Notes: generated by a model not told the origin, from the sequence alone. A stretch of 64,000 bases of DNA from Carpediemonas membranifera BICM (GCA_019828565.1 JAHDYR010000020.1:124001-188000), one strand, 5' to 3'; counted from the stretch's first letter, positions 23,514 to 34,221 are shown. Made by a program: numbers and translations.

Positions 23514-23665
23514 CCGTCAATGTTCGATGAGTCGCCCCTCAGTGAACCCCTCAGTAATTTAAGACATTCACACACCAAAATAACAGCCCAATGGCCCCTA
23601 TTCCAACCGAAGAGAAGTTTGCACATGCTGAAGAAAAGAAGAAAAAGATGCAGACAGCACCGTCG

Positions 23666-24832
23666 TCACCACGAACCAGTCTTGCGGGTGCCGACCCTCT
23701 CAATGGTCCGACTTAGTCCATCCCGACATTCCTTAAGCTGCACCACATCCGACTGAGCTGTCCGAATCCCGGACTTGAGATCATCAAGCGAATTCTCAAG
23801 TTGTCTCAGATCTACAGCCTCAAATCTACCCTGGAGTTCGTTAAATTCACGGGCGTGTCTCGTCTCGGCTGACTCGGCAAGGTCTCGGACACGGTTGAGT
23901 CCTGTTTCGTCATCAAGGAAACGCTCCTGCCGTATCAAATCAATCGCGTCTGCATGACTAGCCACCGATTGCCTAAGCTTTGCCAGCGCGTTATCCTGCT
24001 CCGCGGCGCTCAGTTGTAGTGAGTTCAATGAGGCCTGGAACTGGGCCCCCATCGCCTGACAGCGCTGCTCGGTCACACAGGCCCGCTTGCTGACCTCGCC
24101 GAGTCGGTTGAGATCATCAACGTGTGCTTCCTCGTCGCGCTGGGCGATTGAAGTGCACCTTGTCTCCATCTCGGGGACGGCATCCGAGACTTTGGCGGCC
24201 TGGGCGGTCAGGGTAGAGTTGGCGCGCTTCAAGTCACTCAGCTGAAGAGTGATAGAGTTAAGCTCGTCCGTAAGATGATGATGCATTGCTGTAACTCGGG
24301 CTTCAGCCAAATCTGCCACATCCCGCTCAACCTTGTCGACCGCCTTGGCCAATGTCTCGCGTGTCACGGTGCCATGTGCTATTGTAGCCTGCCTTTCCTC
24401 CATGGACCTCTTGAGGGAGGACATGTCGTCCACCACGTCCGACAGGGCTCCGTCGGTGTGTCTGATCCGGTCGATAAGTGTCTTAACCTGCGTCCCCTCG
24501 GCCGTGTCCATGATCCTGCCGTGCAGCTCGCCCATGGCGTTGGCCCTGCGCGTGTCAATGTCCTGTAGAATGTTGATGGATTGGCCGAAGGCCATCATTC
24601 GCTCCTCGTGGGTCCGAAGCTGGGCTTGTATCTGGTCTAGGCGGCTTGAAAAGACATCAACGGTCATACACGTGGCTTCTATACGCTCTAGTTGGTTCTC
24701 TAGGTATGAAATGTACGCGGGGCGTTCGATTGGAGCCTCGTCCTGGCCGTTTCGGGCAAAGCTGGTGGTATCCTCCTGCAGCTTCCGCTTCATGTAGTTC
24801 TTAGAGTATGACATCGGTGATCCAGTGAGCAT
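23666..24832 (-). CDS. Coiled-coil protein
   Basis: ~390-aa heptad-rich ORF. Confidence 0.7.
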   Translation of the reverse strand: MLTGSPMSYSKNYMKRKLQEDTTSFARNGQDEAPIERPAYISYLENQLERIEATCMTVDVFSSRLDQIQAQLRTHEERMMAFGQSINILQDIDTRRANAMGELHGRIMDTAEGTQVKTLIDRIRHTDGALSDVVDDMSSLKRSMEERQATIAHGTVTRETLAKAVDKVERDVADLAEARVTAMHHHLTDELNSITLQLSDLKRANSTLTAQAAKVSDAVPEMETRCTSIAQRDEEAHVDDLNRLGEVSKRACVTEQRCQAMGAQFQASLNSLQLSAAEQDNALAKLRQSVASHADAIDLIRQERFLDDETGLNRVRDLAESAETRHAREFNELQGRFEAVDLRQLENSLDDLKSGIRTAQSDVVQLKECRDGLSRTIERVGTRKTGSW

Positions 24833-24904
24833 AGACGCCAAATGTCACTTATGAGTGCCAAACGGGGCCAAAAGTTGTGCCGCGCAGGATTAGCCACCTC
24901 CGAC

Positions 24905-25743
24905 TGTGTTGAAGGGTCGAACAATGTTTATACTGCGCAACACTGCCCTGTCTCCCTCCTACTCACGTCTTAAGTCGGTAGGGAGATCGTCTTCTCCAGG
25001 GCTTCCACAAAGCGTCTTCTTCGTGGACGTCAGCACAGCTGCAAACATCACAACAATCGCTCACATGTCGTCTCATTGTCTTCTATTCCACATTAAATTC
25101 ACCTCTACACTTGTATAGTTCGCCAGAAGCACTTCGCCCGCTGCGGCCAACAGTTGGCTCGGGAGTTCGGTCGCCACCATCCCATCGCCACCCCCATTCG
25201 CCTGAAAGTCTTCTACGGGAGCTCGGGATTCACCACGCCTGCTGGTATGTTCATTCCTTGCGCGCCATATCGAAAGTTCGCGAGAGAGATAGTTCCCTTC
25301 TCAAGGGGTATAACATTGTCGTCGATCTTAACATGGTTAACGAGGATCGCACCACCGTCGTCTGCCCTCACTGCCACGCCCCTGCAAGCGAGTTCGTCCG
25401 CGTGATGGCCAGCACGTTCACCCACATCGTGTGATGCTCTGCGAAAATCCACAGTGCCGTGGTGCTCAGTGGCGCGCAACAATTCCTGATGCTCCGAATG
25501 TTGATCATCGGGACAAGAGTGCTGCAGAGAACATCCTGTGGCGTTCTCTTGCCACGGAAGATGAGCTCAGTGGCTCTCCGTTCAGTCGCACATCCCACGT
25601 CTTCAAACTTCATTCCAGTATCATCAATTGGCTAACCGCCAACATTCGTCTACGGACGGATGATATTGTACAGTTTGGCACTTTGATCGTTCCTTTCAGG
25701 CCCTGTCTTGGAGGTTCGAACAATGTGTTTATACTGCGCAACA
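24905..25743 (+). mobile_element. Non-autonomous Fanzor element family A, copy 2
   Basis: TG...CA ends, 5-bp TSD CCGAC (24900-24904 / 25744-25748); the empty site is visible at 29101-29120; frameshifted Fanzor C-terminus. Confidence 0.9.
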
Positions 25744-26014
25744 CCGACACAATTGGGGTGGTGCTCAGCCGCCGAAGCAGCAAAGATCACCTGACTATGA
25801 ATTTGATGGCGAATTAAGCCCGCAAGTGAGAAATGGGGCCGAAGCCCGGTGGTATGGGCTGTTGGACACTAGACCAGAGGCTGGCTGACGAAGGAGATGA
25901 TGGGGGTCAATTCAGATCGAGTAGGCTCGTGCACCTCCTCGGCTTCACAGTCATCAACACTGGTCCCAACCTGGCATTGTGCTCCAGATAAATGTTTGAA
26001 ATATGAATGAAATT

Positions 26015-27631
26015 CTAGCCCCCGAGGTCCAAGCGCTTCACCGCAGACCCCCCGCTCATCTGTCCAGTTGCCAGCCGCACCCTCGTCGGAGTCGGCACGT
26101 GCTTCTCATCAGACCCGACGCCCAGACACCCGTCGCGGTTATCCCCGAACGCCCAGAGCGCCTCGTCCGTCTCAAGCCAGTACGAAGGCAACCATGCGCC
26201 CCTAAACACGCCCCTGATCGTCCCTTGAGTCTCCCACGTGATGATCGACTCCTTCGACCCGAAGCGGAGTCGAATTCCACCGCCGCGGAGTTCGCAGATC
26301 AGGAGACTGCCGTCGACCCAGACTGCTTCGACGTCCCATGGGAATGTAACGCTTGTTGGTGTTGGGCAGTCTCGAGGGACGTAAGCACGCAAAACCCGCG
26401 GGGCGACCCCGGCAACGAACAGGCCGCCTCCACTGACAAAGAATGCCGCGCCCTCCAGCCACACGCAATCGTCCACCGGCAGGGGCACCCTGACGAACTT
26501 GGCCGTGGCGGTCGATCCCTCACCGGCGGCCCCGTGGAGCTCCCCCGAGGCGATAAGGACCCTGCCACTCATCATGGTACTGATCCCGAGAGAGGGGTGG
26601 AAGTCGACCGACTCGAGGGAGAATCCGGCAGGCAGCGGGATCTGCCGGAAAGTTCGTATCCGGCGCTCCGGCAGACCAACACCGAGCTCGCCATGCCTGT
26701 TGGTACCGGCAGCAATCGTCCCGCAGGGTGTACGGATGACAGTGAAGCAGTTCTTGACGAACATGGCGCAGACCAGCTCGTGCTTCCGCCACGTGGGCAA
26801 CGCCTGTTCGAATGCAGCGACAGCTGGGGCATCGGGAAAGGCCAGCCGGCGAACGGGAGAGAACAGTCCGTCAACCCCGAGAGCGATAGTGTCGTTCCGT
26901 CCCCAAACGAAGATGCCCTTCGGGGTGAGTGCGAAGGTGCCGCTTCCCACAAAGAGCGAGGACACCAGCGGGATGGCCACCCTGCCGTACTGCGATAAGA
27001 CCCTGCCATCCTCCTGGGGCAGACCGGTCTGGCCCTTGCCGTTGTCTCCACGGGAAAACACCCGCCCCGCGAACATCCGAAAGTATGTGGGTGGGCTGAC
27101 ACCAACAGACTCCACAAGACCCTCGGACACTGCTAGCTTGTGCGAGTAGTGGAACTTCTTGCAGAGGAACCAAAGCTGGGCAGACTTGGTGTCGCCACAC
27201 GAGACCTTCTCAGAGCCCTCAAGGTCGGGGTCAGCGCCAGCTCGCATGAGGGTCGCCCACATAGTGCCGTGGGGGAGTGTGTACATGGTCGCGGGGAGGT
27301 TTCGGCCGGGTCTTGGGCGTACGCTGACGGCGAGAGGGGGACCGTTCGATAGATACTGGCGGATCTGCTCAATGAGAGCGGAGGCAGCAGCTGTTTCACA
27401 AGATAGAGATTCTATTCCTTCCGTTAGTTCGGGAATGGACGTTATTCGCTTCAATGGAGGCGTTGGCTTTAGAAGGTCGCGAGCATCGCCGTACTCGAGC
27501 GAAAACGCCTTCGTTAGCAGCCCGGGAATATCAGCAGCAATCGAACCAGTGAGGGAATAAGCTCCATCTATAGACCGAGCCCATTCCATGTGACTTGAAT
27601 TCCTTGGTGGAGGATTGGTGAGCGAAGCCAA
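26015..27631 (-). CDS. RCC1/BLIP-II repeat family protein
   Basis: GDNGKGQTG, WGRNDTIALG, GTNRHGELGVG, FGDNRDGCLGVG. Confidence 0.85.
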   Translation of the reverse strand: MASLTNPPPRNSSHMEWARSIDGAYSLTGSIAADIPGLLTKAFSLEYGDARDLLKPTPPLKRITSIPELTEGIESLSCETAAASALIEQIRQYLSNGPPLAVSVRPRPGRNLPATMYTLPHGTMWATLMRAGADPDLEGSEKVSCGDTKSAQLWFLCKKFHYSHKLAVSEGLVESVGVSPPTYFRMFAGRVFSRGDNGKGQTGLPQEDGRVLSQYGRVAIPLVSSLFVGSGTFALTPKGIFVWGRNDTIALGVDGLFSPVRRLAFPDAPAVAAFEQALPTWRKHELVCAMFVKNCFTVIRTPCGTIAAGTNRHGELGVGLPERRIRTFRQIPLPAGFSLESVDFHPSLGISTMMSGRVLIASGELHGAAGEGSTATAKFVRVPLPVDDCVWLEGAAFFVSGGGLFVAGVAPRVLRAYVPRDCPTPTSVTFPWDVEAVWVDGSLLICELRGGGIRLRFGSKESIITWETQGTIRGVFRGAWLPSYWLETDEALWAFGDNRDGCLGVGSDEKHVPTPTRVRLATGQMSGGSAVKRLDLGG

Positions 27632-27939
27632 TCAGACCATCCATCTGATTACCTTGCCTGGCCACGCCAAGCCGTCTCTCTGACCCCTGGTGATAGATTG
27701 GAATCCCTGATCGCTTGGGGTTTCATGTGATCCCTTGGTCATCTCGACGATTTGACTTTTCGACTCGGACCCGACTCATGGACAGATCCCAGGATGAACA
27801 GTGCACCCATAGGGGCTATAGTTGATATCATATGAAGAATCCGTTGCCAGTGCGACATCGCCTTTCTCTTGGGGATTTGATGCAACAGCAGACAGTGGAC
27901 CCAGGCCTCCGTCGAAAACCCCCTCACTCCAAACACCAT

Positions 27940-28704
27940 TTACATGTCCATATCACCGTTGACCTCCACCAGCCTCGTGGAGGGCAGCTTATAGGGCACA
28001 TCCCTGCGGTACTTGCGGGGGTTGGCAATGTCGGTGTTGCGCCGGTAATCCGCGGCAACCTTGCCAGCCTCATCCTTGGTGATCACGCAGATGTCCACAT
28101 TTGACCCGGACCCCATATCATTGAAGATGCCCGCGTGGATCGCTCTCTTGACGAGATCCACCGCCTCCTCGACCTCCATGTTCGGCCGCCATCCCTGGTG
28201 GTCTGCGTCACCCTGCTCCAGCATAGAGATGGCAGCGAGGGAGCCTGACCCCATAGCAACGAAGGGCAGAGTGTCCGTCGACCCGTGGGGGTAGATGGTG
28301 TGGAGATGGGGGCCAAGGACGTCGACTCCACCGAGGACGAGAGCCGCTGAGACATGGCCCTGGTACTGGAACAGGTGGCGCGTCAGCATCGTCTTGGCTG
28401 TGGCGACGCGCGTGTCGCGGTCGGTTCTGTAGCGGTGGAGCTTGCACTGGCTGCTAATGAGTTCCGTGGTGTATTCGGTATCCGCGGCGGTTCCAGCACC
28501 ACAGCAGTAGATGTTGGGGGCAATATAGTGGATCTTCTCGCAGTTCTTGTCCATAACGATGTCGCCAGCAGTACTCCGGGTATCTGCGCCGAGAACCACG
28601 CCGTTCTTGCATATAACACCACAAATTGTGGTGCCGGTCTTTGTGAACTGGTTCTTAGATGTCAATCCGGCCAGTACTTGCTGCGGAGTATCTTGTTTCG
28701 GCAT
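27940..28704 (-). CDS. PSMB7: 20S proteasome subunit beta-2
   Basis: KTG/TTICG processing site, [22 protein letters not shown]. Confidence 0.95.
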   Translation of the reverse strand: MPKQDTPQQVLAGLTSKNQFTKTGTTICGVICKNGVVLGADTRSTAGDIVMDKNCEKIHYIAPNIYCCGAGTAADTEYTTELISSQCKLHRYRTDRDTRVATAKTMLTRHLFQYQGHVSAALVLGGVDVLGPHLHTIYPHGSTDTLPFVAMGSGSLAAISMLEQGDADHQGWRPNMEVEEAVDLVKRAIHAGIFNDMGSGSNVDICVITKDEAGKVAADYRRNTDIANPRKYRRDVPYKLPSTRLVEVNGDMDM

Positions 28705-28990
28705 CTTTGTCGCTTTTCGCCGTGGCTGACAAGACCAATCAACCCAAAGGAACTCAGCAAATGGCCCGAGCAGAGTGCCGCAGAGAGCAACGCAGGGCAT
28801 GTGAGGGTCCGTAGTCATGGGCAAAGTGGCCTTGTCTCGGGCACGGCGTGATCCCGGTGTGTTGAGTGAGCTGGACCAGACAAGGATTGTGCTGGCCACA
28901 CCCATGAGTGAGAGCCTGGCGATAGCAGGGCAGATGTGCGCTTTCTTGAGCGACTAAATCATTCAATCTGAACGATCCGTTTGTAGCATC

Positions 28991-29171
28991 TGTGCCGCGC
29001 AGGATTAGAATTGTTGAGTCTAAAAAACAGGCTGAACCTGTTTAGTCCCCTGGAGTTCATCCCGGGGGGGGGGGTTGCGGTGGCCATGGCGGAGCCACAT
29101 CCACCTCCGACACAATTGGGGTGGTGCTCAGCCGCCGAAGCAGCAAAGATCACCTGACTATGATTTTGATG
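28991..29171 (-). repeat. ~180-bp non-coding element ending in the family B terminal repeat; deleted copy at 24876-24904 + 25749-25808
   Basis: Reverse complement ends GACTCAACAATTCTAATCCTGCGCGGCACA; contains GCTGC-TTCG-GCGGC and AAACAGG/CCTGTTT stems. Confidence 0.7.
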
Positions 29172-29255
29172 ACGTCATAGGAACTTCAGATCAGCACCGA
29201 TCAAATCTGATTGCCTTACGCCCCACGAAGCTTTGTTTACAGATGCCATGGCTCG

Positions 29256-30134
29256 TCATGACTGGCCCATTAACCTGGCCACGCTGTCCGGCTGCGGCTT
29301 GATACTCTTCCCACCGGCAGGGAAGTCTCCCCGAGCATGCTCATTGCCGCGGGGCACGTCGTAATGGTCGATCCGCACGCTGCTCTTGCTCATGGGGTTG
29401 GGCTCCTTCGTCTTCTCGACCACGACCCCGATGAGCCCCGTGGTCTCGGGGTGGTCCCACCGCTCGATGGGCACAGTTTGCCTCGGCGCCTGCTTCTTGG
29501 GCTTGGGCAGACCGACCTTAACGTGCTCCGTGACCATCTTGCGGAGGGGTCTGTCGAGCGGGTCGTCGATCCTCACGCTCGCCTTCGTGTCCTCGGCCCT
29601 CCACTTGAGGGGGTCATAGTCGTCGATGAGGATGTCCCGGTAGACCCCGCCGACCTTCTTCCGGGCCACCGTGGAGAGGTACTGGTCGTACAGCTCCCGC
29701 TTCTGCTTCATGAGCTCCTCCTTGCGGGGGGCGACCTTCTCCCGGATGCGGGACTGGATCGGGTCAAACACCTGCTGCTCCCACTCGCTGTGGAGTGCCT
29801 TCTTGCGGCGGCGGACCTCTTTGTCGTATTCCTCGGCGAGACGCTTCATGTCCTCGATGAAGCCCTCTCTTTCAAGCTTCAGGGCGGTGAGGTTCTTTTC
29901 AAACGCCAAGTTCTTCCGTCTGGCAGCTTCTTGGACAAGCTTATCGCGTTGGCGCTGATCTTGCTCGAATTCCATCTTGTATCTCTCCTTCTGGGCCTTT
30001 TGCTTGAGCTCCATCTTCGTCAGGACTCGCGTTTGCTTTGGTGTGTCGTTCTCGCCAGAATTTTCTTTCGGAGCGCGTAAGCTCAGTAGTTTTGCAGCTC
30101 GTTCCATACTTTCGATTGTTAGATGAGCGGACAT
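29256..30134 (-). CDS. FAM228-like coiled-coil (ciliary) protein
   Basis: LHSEWEQQVFDPIQ...YDPL...DDPL motif pattern. Confidence 0.55.
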   Translation of the reverse strand: MSAHLTIESMERAAKLLSLRAPKENSGENDTPKQTRVLTKMELKQKAQKERYKMEFEQDQRQRDKLVQEAARRKNLAFEKNLTALKLEREGFIEDMKRLAEEYDKEVRRRKKALHSEWEQQVFDPIQSRIREKVAPRKEELMKQKRELYDQYLSTVARKKVGGVYRDILIDDYDPLKWRAEDTKASVRIDDPLDRPLRKMVTEHVKVGLPKPKKQAPRQTVPIERWDHPETTGLIGVVVEKTKEPNPMSKSSVRIDHYDVPRGNEHARGDFPAGGKSIKPQPDSVARLMGQS

Positions 30135-30631
30135 CAGTGTTGATCGGGAATATTGAGGAGCAGAATAAGGCTCATTCGGTCAGCTTCCGAACAGTGCAAC
30201 AGCCGGTCTAGTCTTGGAGGTTGATATGCACCGGCCCAGGGCAGCTCTCCGTAATCAGGATCAAGGTGCGGTCTTCGCGTCACCCGACCTGGCATGGAGA
30301 TGACAGGGCTTGCTGGTGATCTGCAGGCAGTGACACTACAGAAGCTGGCCCATTGCAGCCGCCATACGGCAACCTGGGTTCAGCCTCCCCTCGCTGCTAA
30401 GGAGTTCCCCTCCCCAGGACATGGCCAGTGCGGGCACGGCTCATGAAGCATGGGTGACTCTCGCCAGGCCGGGGAGGTACCATGCACGCTGATCACCAAG
30501 GCGGGAATGACAAGCGTTGGATGTGAGTTGGGTAGATGTAGGTCACCAGCCTGCTCAGTTTTAGAGACGAGGCCTGAATAAGAGGTGATAGAGGCTGTCT
30601 GCTGTTTACATCTACGGTTCCACGCCAAGGC

Positions 30632-31204
30632 TCATACGTTGCCAAAGGGAAGCGGGGCCTGGAACCCGCTTGGCGCCCCCTCCCCGTGCTCCCCCGCCCT
30701 AGACGCCCCGTACATGCCATACATGCTACCGTCAGCAGCCTTGCTGAGGCCTGCGTTGGCTGTGATGGCGATGGCGCGTGAGACATGGTCGAACTTTTCC
30801 ACCGTCGCCTGGTTCTGGGAGACAAGCTCGCGCTGGAGCGATGCGACCTTGCGCTCAAGGTCGCGCATCTGTTCGTCGTGCATGGCGTTGTCTCTATCGA
30901 TTTTGGCCATGATTTGCTGCCCTTGCCGCTTCAAGCTGTCTTTCAGCGTGAGGATTTCATCGTTGATGACCTCTGAAAGTGTTTGAAACCCATGTCTAAG
31001 GACCCTAAGTTGCTCATTGAGCGATTGAATGTTCTTTTCATTCGTAGATGACAGCGCGACGGCCTCGTCGGATGTTTCCTGGACCTCATGGCGCAGTTCT
31101 CTCACCTGGTCCTGTAGTCTCCGGACCCGCGTTGTGGAGGTGGCTTTCTTTGTAGCCAGTGACGTTGGCGCGCGACGAGACGGTGTAGAAGCTCTCCTCA
31201 TCAT
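30632..31204 (-). CDS. Coiled-coil hypothetical protein
   Basis: 190-aa heptad ORF. Confidence 0.6.
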   Translation of the reverse strand: MMRRASTPSRRAPTSLATKKATSTTRVRRLQDQVRELRHEVQETSDEAVALSSTNEKNIQSLNEQLRVLRHGFQTLSEVINDEILTLKDSLKRQGQQIMAKIDRDNAMHDEQMRDLERKVASLQRELVSQNQATVEKFDHVSRAIAITANAGLSKAADGSMYGMYGASRAGEHGEGAPSGFQAPLPFGNV

Positions 31205-31546
31205 CAGGTTGCTTGCAATTTCTGCTCGAAAATGTGCACTTTTACCGGACCGTTACGGTCGCGTCACGGCTGTCAAGAAAGAAGTCAACATCACTTGTCA
31301 CCATCGTCAGTAGTCAGCATACTCAACAAACTTTGAATCAAACTCAAAGGAATGGAGGAAAAGGCCAAGCCATGCCAAGAGTTGTCCAAGAGATTGGATC
31401 ATTGCAACAAGCTGTCCAGACCACGCGTCGTAGTCACTGCCTTGGACATGCCATGTGCGGTACTGCAGGCTGCAGTTAGAAACACACCCGCCAGTATCGT
31501 CTTCACAATGATCCCAAGAGATGGCGAGATGGGAAGATCGTCTAAC

Positions 31547-31909
31547 TCAACTGTCCGAATACACCGGGGTGCGGAGATCCATGTAGTAGATCTCAGTGAT
31601 GATGCGGATGATGAACATGATGGTGTTGAGGAAGAAGTAGACGACCATCAGCCACGTGTCTCGGATGGCCCGGGATTCCACAGCAAAGACGAAGCTTGCC
31701 GTGCATGTGTAGATGTGGACAGCGTGAAAGAGAAGCAGGGATGGTCTCCAGCCGGATGGGACAATTGATGCCTGAGAAATGAGGTCGACAACCTCGAAAA
31801 TGAAGATATACACCGTGAGGGTGCCGGTAAAGTTACGGTACGTTGATTTCTTCCAGTATGGGACAGCAGCGCCATGATAACCCAAGGCAATATTCACTAA
31901 GCGGCCCAT
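31547..31909 (-). CDS. Small multi-pass membrane protein
   Basis: Three hydrophobic segments in 120 aa. Confidence 0.5.
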   Translation of the reverse strand: MGRLVNIALGYHGAAVPYWKKSTYRNFTGTLTVYIFIFEVVDLISQASIVPSGWRPSLLLFHAVHIYTCTASFVFAVESRAIRDTWLMVVYFFLNTIMFIIRIITEIYYMDLRTPVYSDS

Positions 31910-32005
31910 TCTTCACTTCAACGGATGAATTCTTGCCATAAGGTGCACCAGCCATAACGCCGTCATTTATGATCTGCCGTCTCAATCCGATGAGCTTTGC
32001 ACTGC

Positions 32006-32316
32006 TCATTGAGCCTTCTTCGCGGCCTGGGCCTTCCGGTCACGCTTCTGAGCGAGCTTTCTCTTGCGTTCCTTCTCTTCCTCAGCGGCCTTCTGTTGCG
32101 CCAGCATAGCCTGGAGCATCTCTTCCTTGAAAGGACAATCGTTGGGGATCTGGAACTTCTCTGTTGGAGGTCTGCGCATCTGTCCAGCGGCCTTGTTGGC
32201 CTTAGATCTGTGCTTGCCTTGCGCCTGGCCGATTTTGCGCTTCAGTGTGATCGACTTCTTCTTCGATAGGCGTTCTGTGTTATACTAACAGTAGCTAACG
32301 AACTCTTTGCGACCAT
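32006..32316 (-). CDS. Stand-alone GNL3/Grn1 (nucleostemin) N-terminal basic domain protein, 93 aa; intron 32275-32303
   Basis: Spliced product MVAKKRLSKKKSITLKRKI...IPNDCPFKEEML; absent from the ORF track. Confidence 0.7.
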
Positions 32317-32624
32317 CCCCGATTCACAGCCGATGCTTCCTTTTTGCATGAAAAAAAGATGATCGGCCTTCTCGCGTTCCTAGGGCGGGCAGAGGGCCTT
32401 GACACAGAGTCCAGGTCCATCTCATCAGCCGGTATATAGTCGACACCGCCGGTCAGAGTGTCTCTGTTGATGGATGGAGGAACAGGTCGAGATCAATGGA
32501 CCAGTTCCTCGCTTTCGTATGCAGCGAGAGCAGGGTCAACGTAAAGAACTTGATTTATCGACATAAGACAGTGGCAAGTCTGCAAAACCGCCCAGAATAC
32601 ATCTACAACGCGGACTAAACCACC

Positions 32625-34151
32625 CTAGAATATGAGGTCGCCGTCCGACTCGAACCCATCCGACTCCTCGTAGTCAAAGAAGTCGTCAATGATCTGCTGT
32701 GCAGCCGCAGCCAGGGTCTGGTAATGGCTGAACGCCAGGGAGTTGAGGACATCGAACCCGCCGGCATCCTCCACCTGTCGGGCGGCCTTGGGCTCTCTGC
32801 GGAGGATCTTCGTCAGACACTCCAGCAGCGTAGACTTCGCCTTCCTGCTCGTCGTCCGCTTCAACGTGCCGACGAGGGTGATAATAGTGTCACAGTCGAG
32901 CAGGGTCGCGAGCTGGTCGGGTGTGCATGATCCGGCAAAGTTGTACAGGACGAACGCACACTCTGTCACTACTTCCGCCGTGTCCCTGTGGACCAGCTCG
33001 AGTGTCTTTGTGATGAACCCGCTGTCGAGGAAGCACTGCATCTGCTTGGGCGTCCCTGCCGCGAAGTTGGCCATGGCCCACATGACCTCCATGCGCACAG
33101 AGGCCGTGGGGGATGTCAGCATGCGGTCGAACGCGGGGAATATACCGCACTGGATGAGGTAGTCGGCGATGGTGGCGCTGTTGTCCATGGAGATGACGTT
33201 GCCGACGTACCGGATGATCGCCGTGCTCATCTTGGCGAAGGGGACGCTGGCGTATTGGATGATGGCGGGCGTGAGGTTGGCGTTGAGGATACAGCGGATA
33301 TCTGACTCATTGCCGTCTCCGATGAAAGACATGAAGAAGATGACATCTGCTAAAATTTCCAAGCTGATCTTGGACTCCTTCGAAAACTCAGCTGCAGGGT
33401 CGACTTGGTTCCGGACAAACACGGCAGTCATTGCCGGGATCAGATCACACAGCAGGGTGATGTGGGCTGGGTCCAACGGTGTCCGGGCGATGTTGCTGGT
33501 AGACCACGTGAAGTTCCTCACTCGCTTGGGGGGCATGTCCTTACCCAGGAAGCGGGCAATGTCGGCCATGACCCCGGTGTCGAGCGTTGTGATGCGGTAC
33601 TCGGCGCCCTCGCCTGCCACGTTGCCGAGAGTCCAAATAGCCTGCTCGGCGATGGAGGTGCTCTCGGTGTTCTTCAGTACGCTAGCCATCACGGGTATCA
33701 CACCCGCATCTATGAGGGCGACGGCAATCTCGTGCTCACGGGAAGCAATATTCGTGCAGATCCAGCAGGCTTCCTTGCAGTGCTCCTCCTGGGCGGGGTT
33801 GCAGAAGGCGAAGATCTTTGGCATCATGTTGTGAGCAATCAGGCTGCGATAGATGTTGAAATTCCGGCTTTGCTTTGCGGAAACAAGCATGCGGATGGCA
33901 GTGAGCGCGGTAAGTGCATCGTTGAGGTCCCCAGTGTCAAATTTGGCGTAGTATTCCGCAATATACTCCTCGGTGATCTTTGGTGGGAAATGGATCTCAA
34001 TTCCCGGCGTAGTGGTCGGCGCTTCAATTGCTGCCGGGAAACTGTCCATCGCGGCATCACGCTTCTTCTTACGAAGACTGGTTACATCGTCTTTGATAGA
34101 CTTTCTCTGACTTCCTCGTTGGAAGCCTCCGCGGATGTTCTTGTCCGACAT
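32625..34151 (-). CDS. Importin alpha
   Basis: IBB-like LRKKKRD, ARM repeats EACWICTNIAS, QAIWTLGNVAG, EVMWAMANFAAG. Confidence 0.92.
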   Translation of the reverse strand: MSDKNIRGGFQRGSQRKSIKDDVTSLRKKKRDAAMDSFPAAIEAPTTTPGIEIHFPPKITEEYIAEYYAKFDTGDLNDALTALTAIRMLVSAKQSRNFNIYRSLIAHNMMPKIFAFCNPAQEEHCKEACWICTNIASREHEIAVALIDAGVIPVMASVLKNTESTSIAEQAIWTLGNVAGEGAEYRITTLDTGVMADIARFLGKDMPPKRVRNFTWSTSNIARTPLDPAHITLLCDLIPAMTAVFVRNQVDPAAEFSKESKISLEILADVIFFMSFIGDGNESDIRCILNANLTPAIIQYASVPFAKMSTAIIRYVGNVISMDNSATIADYLIQCGIFPAFDRMLTSPTASVRMEVMWAMANFAAGTPKQMQCFLDSGFITKTLELVHRDTAEVVTECAFVLYNFAGSCTPDQLATLLDCDTIITLVGTLKRTTSRKAKSTLLECLTKILRREPKAARQVEDAGGFDVLNSLAFSHYQTLAAAAQQIIDDFFDYEESDGFESDGDLIF

Positions 34152-34221
34152 ATGATCTCGGCATAAACTGCGAAACGTTTACTTGAAGTCTGCGCGGAGA
34201 CGATTGAGAGTCCTACTTTAC

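Noticed and set aside
24905-25743. Hammerhead ribozyme / Penelope pseudo-LTR or a common TAM
   Set aside because: No CTGANGA...GAAA core seen; sequences 5' of the three insertions share no motif
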